From NCBI GenBank assembly GCA_964016885.1, contig OZ024740.1, positions 61,876,001 through 61,940,000 on the forward strand: 64,000 nt of DNA, in the 5' to 3' direction. Positions 43,101 through 57,266 of this stretch are shown here, piece after piece. Position numbers and translations under genes: made by a program. The notes beneath the pieces were generated by a model that saw only the letters and a list, made by a program, of their open reading frames with translations, had not been told where the DNA came from and ran no database searches. This DNA is from Eledone cirrhosa. Lineage: Eukaryota. How positions within the stretch are numbered: position 1 is the first letter of the stretch; each line of letters begins with the position of its first letter.

Positions 43101-45492
43101 ATTTTCATCTCTGCCCCATAGTATTTCTGTTATATTGCAATACATATTTTTCTGCTTCCTTCAGACATACAAATTTCATTGTAAAGTCTTGGCTATAAAA
43201 AGAACATTCAGCTGTAAAACAATCCTTCTTTTCTCTTACGAACTAAATGCTTGATATCTATATTATAAAGCTCATTGCAGTGGGCTTGTGTTTTAAGAAG
43301 TCAATTCCACTCTCTGAACTCCTCCTTCACTGCCACATTATTAAAAATACACATATATGTTCAAGACACTCATATAAAGGTGCCTATGTATGTCAATATT
43401 TTGGGTGAATCATAATGTCCGGTTCTTTGGCAGTTGAAAAAACTTAATAATGGAATGATAGTGGTTTGGGAATAGATTTTTCTCCTTTACATTAGTGAAA
43501 GTGCCTGTCTTTGTGGTTAGATCCACAATCGTGGTTTTTGTGAGGTTACGGGTTCGATTTCTGGATTGGGAAATGTGTTATGTCCTTGAGCAAGACACTT
43601 TCTTTCCTGTTGTTTCTTCTACCAGAAATTGCAACCAGTAGAGAGTAACAGCAATGGAAAAACTAATGGAAACATTGTTTCTTTGTTCTCATTTGATGAA
43701 TTCCACCCCATTCAGTAAGTGAATGAGGTTTAGTATCTTGTCAGGCCATTAAAAAAGAAAAAAACATTAGGTGAACAAAATGTGAGTTGCTTTGCAGTTT
43801 TTTTTAATACCCTGGTTTTTAGAATAAGTACACATTATCCTTGTGTGTTGTAAAAGGCATCTAAAAAGGTTGACATCAAGAACATTCAAGTGTAAAACAT
43901 TGTCTCAAAACATCTTGTCCAGCCCATACCAACATTTAAAAATGGACATAACAGCTATGACGAATGATGATAATATTTTCCAACTGTGTATGTTCAGAAC
44001 AGCACTATTTAAAATGGTGTAAGCTGCATGCCCACCATACACATTCACATCTCAATGATGACATTTTTTTGTAACGTGGATGGGGTTGTAAAATACAGTA
44101 AAATATTTTACACTGTATTGAATTGAACGTTTATTTATCAGACTCTATAACTGTAAGTGCATGTGCATATGAGTGTATGTGTGTACGCATGTGTAAGTAT
44201 ATAAGTGTGTGTGTATATGGGCGTTAGTGTACTCTTGGGTCCCAAATAATAGAGAATCAGTAATTGTATAGTGTACATTTGTAAATATGGGATTTCTTGT
44301 TCTTTTTTTGTCATATATAATGTTTTTTTGATACAAAATAAAATTATTATGAGATTATCTATCTGCTGTATCAATATCAATCACTTATAATAAAATTTTG
44401 CCAGAGATAGATTGTCAAAATTTAATAAGCAGAGGGGTTAGAATAAAAGCGGGTAGGGGTGGGGTTGGAAAAAATCTGAAAATTTAATAAGCTGGGGTGG
44501 GGGGAAGGGCGATGACGACGACAATTATTCAAGACCTGAGAGTATATTATTCTTTTTTTTTTCAGTCTTTCTATTTCACTACTACTCACTTATCCACTTA
44601 TCCAATCAATCATTCATTATCTCACTTGCACATTCATTAATTTAATTACTTATTCATGCACATACTCATTCCGTCACCCATTCACTGATTTACTCACTTA
44701 TTCACACTGCCACTCAATCATTAATTCACATTCTCACTCACTCACTCATTCATTCATAGTCACTTACTCACTCAATCACTCACTCTCTCAATCACTCACT
44801 AACTCACTCTTTAGATCACTCACACAGTCATTCACTCACTCACACGGTCACTCACTCACACAGTCACTCACTCACACAGTCACTCACTCACAGTCACTCA
44901 CTCACACGGTCACTCACTCACACGGTCACTCACTCACATAATCACTCACTCACACGGTCACTCACTCACACGGTCACTCACTCACACGGTCACTCACTCA
45001 CACAATCACTCACTTATTCTCTACATTCTCCTCTTGTGTATTTTTTTCATTGTTCTGCATTATTCTTATTTTTTTCAAAATTCTAACTTGCTATCATCTC
45101 ATCTCTGTATCTCCCACAGAATGGCACCATCTACTGTAAAGCCATGCCACAACTTTGTCTTGCTGTCTACACAGACTTTTGGATAAAAGACCAGCAACTT
45201 AATAGCCAAGGATTCCAAATCTCCGGTTGTGTTGTTGGATTACAGAAGAAAGAAACATATGATCCCAACCAGACTTGGATATTTAACCCAAATGGAACAA
45301 TATCAGCAAAGGTAAATATTTCATCTATTTGTTTTGACATTCGTATATTTGACATTTAAATATAGGAGTAGTTTGCAGCAATGCTAATTACTTCACTTCT
45401 CATGTCACAATGTCCAACATCATGTCAACTTGTCCTATATGTCAAGATATCCTTTAGATAAGAGGTCAGTTTTATATGATAAGGTTTGTGTT

Positions 45493-45528
<36 letters not shown>

Positions 45529-48500
45529 ATAATTGTTTCTACGTTAGACACAAGGCCAGCAAATATCCAGTGTATTACTGGTACTTTATTTTATCGACCC
45601 CGTAAAGATGAAAGACAAAGTTAACCTCGGCGGGATTTGAACTCAGAATGGCAAGGGCTGTAACTCTATATGTCAAAGCATGGCGTCCGACCCTCTACCA
45701 ATACTGCCAATCCATCGCCCTTATATATATATATATATAATAATTGTTTCTACTTTTTGGCACAAGGCCAGCAATTATCCCAGTGTATTACTGGTACTTT
45801 ATTTTATCGACCCCGTAAGGATAAAAGGCAAAGTTCACCTCGGACCCAGAGTAAACAAAATATATATATTATTTACACACACATATATATATATTAATTT
45901 ACACACATACATTCACATATATATATATATTATTTACACACACACATGAGTGTTGGCTGAAAAGTTCATAGGCTGGCTATAAAGGAGTGATGCTAGTGCT
46001 GTGAAATCTTGTATGCATTAATTTCGACTCTTTTTATTAATAAACTGACTTCAAAAGTAACTAGTAGTGAAAATGGACAAAATTTGGCATTGTGGTGATA
46101 TGAAGTACCTGCAGAAAAGGGGTTTAGCCACGAAAGATATTCATGCTGACATGGTTGCTACATTAGGGGATGATGCTCCAGCTTTATCAACAGTGATAGT
46201 TAGTGGGCAGCTGAATTTAGGAGAGGAAGAGAGAGTCGTGAAGATAACCCAAGGTCAGAATATCCTGCAACTGCCACCACCGAGGAAAACAATGATTGGG
46301 TTCACCACAGGGTGATGGCTGACAGGTGATTGACTATAAATCAAAGAACCAATGATATTATCATATCCCATGAGAGAGTTGAGAATATTGTGCACAATGA
46401 ACTTGGCATGACGAAGGTTCCTGCTTGGTGGGTGTCACATCTTCTGACACCTAATCAAAAGTGCACCAGGTTGATCACATGACAGGAAAATCTGACATTG
46501 TTTGAGACAGATCCAATTGGTTTCCTTGAATGTTTCCAAACCTATCACTTTGAGCCAGATCAAAGAGACAATCCATGCAGTGGAAGCACCCTCCTCACCT
46601 GCTCCAAAGAAAGCCAAGGTCGTTTCATCTGCAGGGAAGGTGATGGCTTCAGTTTTTTTATGCAAAAGGCATTGTCTTTAGAGTCTTTCTTCAAAAGAGC
46701 TGCATCATCGTTGGAGAGTACTATACCAACTTGTTGAGGCAGCTATGAAAGGCTATCAAGACCAGATGCCTAGGAAAACTGACAAAAGAGGTCATGTTTC
46801 AACAAGACACTGCTCCAGCGCACAAGTTCTTGGTTTCAGTGGCTGCTGTACATGACTGTGACTTATTGATCACCCTCTCTATTTTTCTGATTTGGTCCCA
46901 TCTGACTATCATCTGTTCCCCAACATGAAAAAACACTTGGCGGCTAGGAACCAGTATCACAGTGATGATGATGTCATATCTGCTGTTGATGACTTTTTTA
47001 ACCAACAGGGTGAAAGCTTCTTCGCCAATGGGATTCCAGCACTGCAACACTGATGGAGGAAATGTGTGAACTGCAAGGAGGACTTTGTTATAAAATAAAC
47101 CTCATTTGGTCATATTCCATGAGACTATCTTGGTCAGCCTATGAACTTTTTCAGCCAACCCTCATATATATATTAACTATTTTAAATTAATTAAGATAGT
47201 TCGTTCTGCCAGAACTTGTCGATCTTCAGAGAGGATTCTGATTATTATTATAAGAAAAAAGTATAAAGTTAGAGGGATTAAGCTTTAGGTCACTTAACAA
47301 GTAATCTACCCTTAGGATGAGATGCTTGTGCAGTTTCTTTATTTTAAAGTACTTAACTGTGATCTTCCCTTCAGTTAGTCTAAGTCCTATTTAAGATATT
47401 TCAAAATTTATATTTATAAGCTTCTCTAAATTAGATTCAAAGCAATCTTGTTTATTGAAATGTAAAGTATATTACTGACAAATTTTAAAATATATATGAT
47501 ATTTGCTACTCCTTAAATGTTGAGTTGTTCGAGAGTCTATCTTGGCTGCTATTTCTAATAACAATTTTAGACTCATCACTACATCTGTAATGTTCAAATT
47601 TTTACCATGTTGTTAGCTTATGTGTGCATTATGCTGGATATTGTGCATTATGCTGGATCGTTGGATGTATGTAATGTTCAGCAACAGGTAAATATATTTT
47701 ATCTTATTATAATAATCAATTATATTGACCTCAGTACATGGCTCGTACTTGATTTTACTGTTCTCAGAAAGACGAAAGGCAAAATTGATTTTGGCAGGAT
47801 TTGAACTCAGAATGTAAATAGCTAGGACAAATATTGATTCCTAATTCAGGCACAAGGCCAACAATTTGAGGGAAGGGGTATTTTTGTAGAGAGAAAGGTT
47901 GATTACTTCTATCCTAATACATGACAGGTACTTCATTTTATTGACCCCAGAAGGATGAAAGGCAAAGTTGACCTCGTTAGGATTTGAACTCAGAACTTAA
48001 AAGGCCGTAACTAAATACTGCAAAGCATTTTAGCCATTGCTCTAATGATTCTGTCAACCCACCACATTTCCTATCTCATATAATGGTGTTATATTTCATG
48101 TCACCAGATCTATCCTGATCTGTTTCTGACCTGGCCTGGCAAGCAATTACATGGTTCTAACAATGAAGAAACTAATGACAACACTGATTCCATAGAATCG
48201 AGCAGCATAAAGCAAGGACATAACATCTACCTGATTATCAGTGACCAGTTACCACGGAAACTTGGTGGACTACAGAGGTAGGCATTTCCTAAAATTATTT
48301 AATTAATTGATTAAAATGCTTTGCTATCAACTTTTTCCAGCTTGCTTTGCATACCTCAGTCTATTCAGCTGTAAAACAGGAACCAGTTTCATAAAATTGT
48401 GACAATTAGAAATAATTGTTTCTACTTTAGGCACAAGGCCAGCAATTATCCAGTGCATTACTGGTACTTTATTTTATCGACCCCGTAAGGATGAAAGGCA

Positions 48501-51500
48501 AAGTCAACCTCGGCGGGATTTGAACTCAGATTGTAAAGGGACGTAACTATGCTGTAAAGCATGGCGTCCGACCCTCTACCGATACTGCCAATCCACCGCC
48601 CTCGTGACAATCCCCGTGACAATTAGAAATAATTTATTCTTCTCTACCAAATTCTTTCCATTCTACCTTTTCTTTGTTGTTTTCTTTGAATCCTTTATCA
48701 CCACACTATTACTGCTCTCACCACCACCACCAGCACCAAACCACAACCACCATCACCACCACCACCACCACCACCACCACCACCACCACCACCACCACCA
48801 CCAAACCACAACCACCATCACCACCACCACCACCACCAGCACCAAACCACAACCATCACCACCACCACCACCACCACCAGCACCAAACCACAACCACCTA
48901 TCACCACCACCACCACCACCACCACCAGCACCAAACCACAACCACCACCACCACCACCACCACCACCACCACCACCACCACCACCAAACCACAACCACCA
49001 CCAGCACCAAACCACAACCATCACCACCACCACCACCACCACCAAACCACAACCACCATCACCACCACCACCACCACCACCACCACCACCACCACCAAAC
49101 CACAAGCACCATCACCACCACCACCACCACCAACTATCACCACCACCACCACCACCACCAACTATCACCACCATCACCACCACCAACAACTATCATCACC
49201 ACCATCACCACCACCAGCACCAAACCACAACCACCATCACCATCACCACCACCACCACCACCAGCACCAAACCACAACCACCATCACCACCACCACCACC
49301 ACCACCACCACCACCAGCACCAAACCACAACCACCATCACCACCACCACCACCACCACCACCACCACCAACAGCAACAACTATCACCACCACCACCACCA
49401 TCACAACCACTACCACCACCAGCACCAAACCACAACCACCATCACCACCACCACCACCACCATCACCACCACCACCACCACCAACTATCACCACCACCAA
49501 CAGCAACAACTATCATCACCACCATCACCACCACCAGCACCAAACCACAACCACCATCACCACCACCACCATCACCACCACCACCACCACCACCAACAGC
49601 AACAACTATCATCACCACCATCACCACCACCAGCACCAAACCACAACCACCATCACCACCACCACCACCACCACCACCACCAGCACCAAACCACAACCAC
49701 CATCACCACCACCACCACCACCAACTATCACCACCACCACCACCACCACCAACAGCAACAACTATCACCACCACCAGCACCAAACCACAACCACCATCAC
49801 CACCACTACCATCACCACCACCACCACCACCACCAACAGCAACAACTATCACCACCACCACCACCACCACCAAACCACAACCACCATCACCACCACTACC
49901 ATCACCACCACCACCACCACCACCAACAGCAACAACTATCATCACCACCACCACCACCAACTATCACCAAACCACAACCACCATCACCACCACCACCAAC
50001 TATCACCACCACCACCACCAACTATCACCAAACCACAACCACCATCACACCACCACCACCACCACCACCAGCAACACCACCACTGCTATTGCCACCACTT
50101 GATATAATGGACCTTCTCACCCCCCCCCCTGGGAACAGCAGCAACCACTTTGAGAACCTCTGTTCTAGAGTCACCAACATCCACCACCACTACCAACCAC
50201 CCCCACCACCACATCACTACCAACCACCTCCACCACTAGCAACCAATATTACTGTAATATCTCCACTGCTTCACCATTGTCAACACATACTACCACTAGC
50301 ACCACACTACCAACACCACCACCACCATTACCACTACCACTGTCACCACTCCTGCCATGTCACTACCACTGTTGCCACTGACATCCACCAACATCCACCT
50401 CAACCATCACCACCACCATAACCTCCACCACCTCAACCATACTGCCACAGTGACAATATTAATAGTTGTTGTATATACTATTTATTCTTACAGGTGGGCA
50501 ATAAAACAGGAAAGATTTGATAACCTTGGTCAGTGGAAGCATACACAGGTTCTAAACTCTGAATGGAACAAACTTGCTTATTCTTGGCCTGTTTGTTGCG
50601 ACACAGGCATTCTCAATGAGGTGAGACATATTTTCTACTTCCATTCCATCATTGGTATGTGTCCTGTAGAGTAGCTAGGAAGGATGGAGGGGCAGTCCAT
50701 CTAGGGAAGCACTTTTGGTCAACAGTATTGAAAATTAACTTGTTTTGGGGGAAGAGTGAAGACAAACTCAAGGACCATCAAGATAGTAGAAACTCTGGCT
50801 GTTCCACTGCATGTGCCAAACCTACAAGATTCTAGATCAGAGGTTCTCAAAGTGGTTGAAACCAGTGAAAGAATACAATATTATATAAGTCTATAAATAT
50901 ATGATGTAGGTGTATCTTAGAAATGCTGCTATCAAGATATCTCAGTAGTTATGGAAACATAATTATATAATTGTCTTTGTGATAGTATAAATATTTATGA
51001 ATCTATTGCAACATCTCAAGCATCAATAAAACAGACATCTTTTAATCAACATTGTCATCGGAACCATTCTCTTCACCATCACCCCCATCATTATTATCAC
51101 CATCATCATCTTTATTATTGTCATTATTCCATTGTTGCCAGTATCATTTCACTGTAATTATCATTATCATCAACAACACCATCATAATCATCACCATTGT
51201 TATCATAATTGTTGTGAACACCACTACCATCACCAGCAGCAGCAGTCATCTTCATTTTCATCAGCACCCCTGTTATAGAGTCAATGAAAGAGCCTTTATG
51301 TATTCACAAGAAATAGCAGTCAAATTGCCAAGAAATCACTCTCAACAGCTGTTGTTCTCAATATTTTCATTACCAAGGACCCTGTTTGCTTAAATGAATT
51401 TTCACACCTTCGTCATCTTCAGCCAATCACAGAGCCTCTATGTGGTCGTTATACATGCTAGAAATAGCAGGCCAATCTGTCTGAAATCTCACCTTATTGT

Positions 51501-54500
51501 AGTGGTTTCTGACCATTTGACTACCAAAAACCCTGGTTATTCAACCCTTTTGATACAAACATGCTCAAATTAGCCTCTGGTTCTATGAAACAAAACCATT
51601 TATTTTAAAATCTTTTAACAATTTTATGTAAGAACCATGTTAAATTAATATCTTTCAATATAATTTCATATATGAACCATATTTTAGTAATGTAATAACT
51701 AATAATTTTAATAAATCCTTCAGAATTCTTCATCATTTAATTGAAAAAGAATGTATTTGTTTAGAAATATGGTCATGGAATGGTTAAATAAACTTCTCCA
51801 TGGATACCAGGCTTTTAAAAATTCAATCTACTCAAAAAGCTCATAGACTCCTAGTACTACCACTGTTGACCGCCAGGGGTTTATAGAGTAGAGGTTGGGA
51901 ATCATTGGCGGTGGATTGGCAGTATCGGTGGAGGGTCGGATGCCATGCTTTCCAGCATAGTTACGTCCCTTTACGATCTGAGTTCAAATCCCGCCGAGGT
52001 TGACTTTGCCTTTCATCCTTACGGGGTCGATAAAATAAAGTACCAGTAATGCACTGGATAATTGCTGGCCTTGTGCCTAAAGTAGAAACAATTATTTTTA
52101 AAACAGTTCATATTCAATAATATAGCATTGGATTCCCTGCATATAGGGAAAAATAGGATGGTCATGGCTGGAATGCTTTTGATCATAAATCACATTAATC
52201 AGGGTTAATCTAGGGCTAAACAAGAACATCTTCATTATCATCATGATTATGTTTTACCACCATTATACTCAATGCCACCATCATCATCTCCATTGTCATC
52301 ACAATCAGCATCATCAACACTACCATTACAACACCATTAGCAACTATACAACCATCATGATCATTACCACTACTGTTATTGCTACTAACACCACCACAGT
52401 CATCATCATCACCATTATCCTCATTATCACCAACAACAACAGCAACACCTCCATCATCATCAATGCTGCCATCATAATCATGATCATTACCATCAATACC
52501 ACCACCACCACCACTGTTAACCATCTTCATAATCGACATTGTTGTCACATTTACCATCAACGTTAATGATATTTGTTTCAAAGGTTTGTTGGGCAAATGG
52601 TCAATAAATAATTTCCTTCCATCTCCTTCATATTATATCAACCATAATAATATGTTATGTGTGTTTGTGAATGTGTATGTGTGTGTGTAGGTGTATATAT
52701 ATAAGTATAAAGAAAGTGCTCAAGCATAGAAATACTATAAAGATAACCTATAAAACAGGGTGAAGCCCTTAAAAGACAGAATAAGAAGTTGCCATTGGCA
52801 GCTATGAGGAAATAAACCCCATATCTTCTAGATGCCAGCTGGTATCTGGAAGATATGGCTTTCTCAATGACATGCCTAATTTCAAAATTGCCTTGAATTT
52901 TCTAGTAGTGCGGCCCACCTTATGATACATTCTATGTGACTCACTGCTCAAAACTTGTTGCCTATGCCTGATTTACACTTACACACAATGCATTTTCTAT
53001 ATTAGTCTTGTTGCTATAATAAGAAATTCACTTTCCAATCACAAGGTCCTGGGTTCTAACCCCACATTTGTTCCTGTAAATAAATTTTTCTCCAAAGTTA
53101 TTTATATATTTAATCTTGTATTTTATTTGTAGACACATGTTCAACATTAATGCAATTATATCCTAGAAATAAATTATTAAAATTTCATTTTTATCTTTAA
53201 TCACTTCCATATGTTAGCAATCAACCTTAATTATAGGGTTTCTCTTATGTAAATCATAAATTTATCAAAAGACAAATTTTCTTGTTTACATGATAATATA
53301 ATTTTTGTATATATGGCATAGCAATCCTGGATTCAATGCTATTGTTATTGCAATCATTATTGATAGCACTTGTTTACTAGTATCTAAATAATCAGTCAAA
53401 TATCAAATTGTCTTTCAGCCATGATTTTGTTACAAGAGTGTAGAGGAAGGAGTTATATTTAGTTCTCATTAGTACCGATCTTCATCATTGTTTCTAAGTT
53501 CACTTTTCCAGGCTGGCAGCAGTTAGACAAGATATTTTGAGACAGTTTTTTTTTTTTTTTTTTTTTTTTCTCTGTGACCTTCCTGATGTCAATCAATATT
53601 TTATGTTAAAACCCTTTAGAAACCAACCCCACTGAAAGTGCTCTGGGTTTATGATATAAAACAACTAATTTTAAAATGTTTATTGTTATATTAAAACATT
53701 TCATCATAATTTGATTGTAGAAATGTTTTAAAGTAATGTTCTAAATATCAGCTTTCTAATGAAAATGTTATTTATTTTATTAAATTCCTCCAAATATTTG
53801 GTTATTTTAAAAATTAATTGCAACACATAGGCTGTGTATTTCATTAGAAATACAATAATGAAAGGGTTAAGTATTTTATATAAGGGTTTATCACTGCAAG
53901 TTCTAATGTTTATGGAGGACATAAATAAATATCACTACTGGCTTTTTAATTGGTGATCATATGCAGGCACACACATACACACATACACTTTCATTCATAT
54001 ATACATACAGAGGCCATCATCATCATCATTGTTTTTTTACATCCACCTTTTCCATGATTGCTTGGGTTGGGACAAAACCTTTTAGGCAAGTTTTTTTTTC
54101 AGTCAGATGCCCTTCCTGATGCCAACCTATATATATATAGAGAGAGAGAGAGAATGTACAACACAATGCAGATCTTGGTTACACAAGAGGTGGGATAGCA
54201 GGCAAACTAACAGGAATGAAAAACATTGTTTGTAGTAGGTGTTCAGGGAAAATTGATAGTAGAAGTGTCAGTAATAGGCACATTTTTCAAATGCAGATAG
54301 GATCTATAGAGGTGGTTGATAGTTTCTGATATCTAGGTGATTAAGTTAGCATGGGAGGAGGATGCTCCGAAGCCATAGTATCTAGAATAAGGACAGGATG
54401 GAAGAAGTTTAGGGAGCTGCTTCTTCTGTTGACAATGAAGGGTTTCACTCTGCGAACGAAAGGTCGGTTGTATGATGCCTATGTGAGATATGCGATGCTG

Positions 54501-57220
54501 CATGGTAGTGAGACATGGGCAGCAACTGCATAGGATATGGAAGCAGGCTAGCTCCAATGGATGTGCAATGTCACTGTGCGTGAATGACCAAGCATGGATG
54601 AGTTAAGAGAGAAACTGCGTAAAGAGGAATAAACTGTAGTGTGCAGGAGATGACTACATTGGTATGGCCATGTGATGCACATGGATGATAACTGCTAGGT
54701 GAAGAAATGCCAGGTATTCCCAGTAGAAGGAAGATGCAGTGGAGGAAGACCACGGAAAACATGGGTAGAGATGGTGAGAGCTGACCTCAGATTGCTGAAG
54801 CTCATAGAGGAGATGACGAAGGACTGTGACAAATGGAGAGATGCTGTACTGAAGGGGACCCAGCCCTCCCTTGCAAGCAGGGGAAAGCGGACGTAAAATG
54901 ATGATGATATTTGAATCAAAATGGAGAGGAGTGCACAAGTTATGACAATGGAAATATGGAGAGTTCTTTCTTGTCATTCAACTTCTAGAAATCTGTATTG
55001 TTCCGGTGCATTAAAGTTGATACTATTCATTCCAGTGCACATAGAATACAACAAAACAGAGAGACAAAGAATAAGTTGTGCCTTTTGGGGAATTACAGAA
55101 ATAAAGACAAAAACATGCTACAAAACAATGTGCTCCAACTGAAAAGGAAGAGATAGAAATGTAGTGTGTGGTAACGTAGCCAGAGAGATAAAAACAGAAA
55201 AAAATAGTTTGGGCTACAGTCTGACAAACGCAGATACAGGAGGTATCTGACTTTATAATTATTCAGTTTATGTATCTGTGTCGGTAGTAAACTGTGTTTG
55301 CAAGATGGTCATTGGTTTGAAGTAAATAACTTAAGAACTACAATTTTGTAAGTTTTCAGATCAAAAGAAGTCTAATGACTAGCAAAGACTGAATTTCACT
55401 TAGCTTGATATTGACACATTTATTTACAAATATACGTCTATGAGAAATATCTATTCTGTTACTATTTTTATCACATTATATATATTTTTGTCTAAAAATA
55501 ATCATTTTGACTAATTGTTTTTTTTACTTTGTTCTCAAGAAATATGACTGGCCAATGGAAGGTTATCTTATTCCAAATGCACCTCCATTATCAAAGAACA
55601 ACAAAAGCAACAGCAAATTATCAGGAAGTAAGTCCTATTTTAGTTCTTGTATAGATTAGATCTAAAATTAGACATATCATTAATAGCAAGGTTTCCTCAG
55701 TTTTAAAGTACCAGTGTAGTTCAGGAACAATTTAGTTATTTTTAATGCTTTTTTTTAGATATTTGTTTATTTATCTATTTTATAAGTTTGTTATATGTAT
55801 GAAAAGAACTGGCAAATTGGCAGAGTCATTAGAACATCGGATAGAATACTTTGCAATATTCATTTTGACTCTCTGCTCTCTGAGTTCAAATCCCACTGAG
55901 GTCAGCTTTGTCTTTTATCCTTTCTAGATTGATAAAAAAGTACCAGTTAAGTATTGGGTCAGTTCTTTCTCTATATGTCTTTCTCACTTCAATTCTCTTA
56001 TTCTCTATCCTTCTCTGGAAGAAATCTGCTGTGTTCAAACCTGGAGAGTGATAGGCTCCACGAGATTTTTAAAAATGCCCTAGAAATGCTGTATGTCAAT
56101 ATGGCGCCCTTATGACTCCCTCAGGAGTTACGGCACCGTGCATGAATCTGTATGAAAGCTAGCCAATCTCACCCCGAAGGAGTTAAAAGGATATTCATCC
56201 ATTGTTAACAGGAATGAGGATTTTAACAAGTATGATGAATATGTAGTGTTTGTGATGGAGATAGCAGTAGTGTTGATAGTAGTGCTGGTTAATTCTTTGT
56301 TTTATTGTAAACTGAATTGTTTATTACTATTCTATTAAATACAAAACATAAACTCTTTACTATGAAATGGTAGAGTCATTAGAATGTTGGATAGAATGCT
56401 TTCCGGTATTATTTCCAGATTCCTGAGCTCTGACTTCAAATCCTGACAAGATTAACTTTGCTTTTCATTCTTCTGAGGTCAATAAAAAAGTACTAGCCCA
56501 ATACTGGGGTCGATTCTTCCTCTAAATCAGTGGTTTTCAACCAGGGTCCACATGGATACTGGGGCTCCTTATAAGAATTTAGGAGGCCACATTAGTATTA
56601 TAGGGGGTCCTTGAAAAAATCTTGCTTTCAAAGAAAATATCTTAAGCTTTAGAGAAAGAAGACAAATTAAAAATTAAATAAATAAAAGAATTAACCTAAC
56701 CAGTCATAAAAAGATTTGTTAGGGAATTAATAGAAATCAAAAGAAATGATACTTGACAAAAGCAATAACAACTACAAACAGAATCAGTGGTGATTGAATG
56801 TAAATAAATTTATATACACACACACACATCACATACACATATATATAGTGGTAAGAAACTCTCAGGAGAGCTGGACAGTAGAAGGTATTCAGAGAAGAAA
56901 CCCCACTTAAACAAGTATTTCACCCCTTAACTTAATATATCAGTAGTTCCTATATATATATATATATATAGGAAAAGAGTCAGGACCCAGACAGCTGAGC
57001 TTCAGCCGTTTCGACAGCTACGCACACACACACAAAACACACAAGCATATTGTCTCCAGTATATTTTCCTGAGTGGGGAGGACTTTGGCTTGCATTAGGT
57101 GTATGTATATATGTATACATATATTTATATATTTGGTTTGCATTGCGTATATGTATGTATATATATATACAAGCATATATACTATATATCATGCACACAC
57201 AACCATACTTCTATATATAT

Positions 57221-57266
<46 letters not shown>

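Noticed and set aside
43025-43105. Minus-strand CTGACGA...GAAA hammerhead candidate
   Set aside because: No convincing stems I, II or III
48604-50421. 605-aa and 477-aa His/Thr/Pro ORFs
   Set aside because: By-products of a stop-free CAC satellite inside an intron
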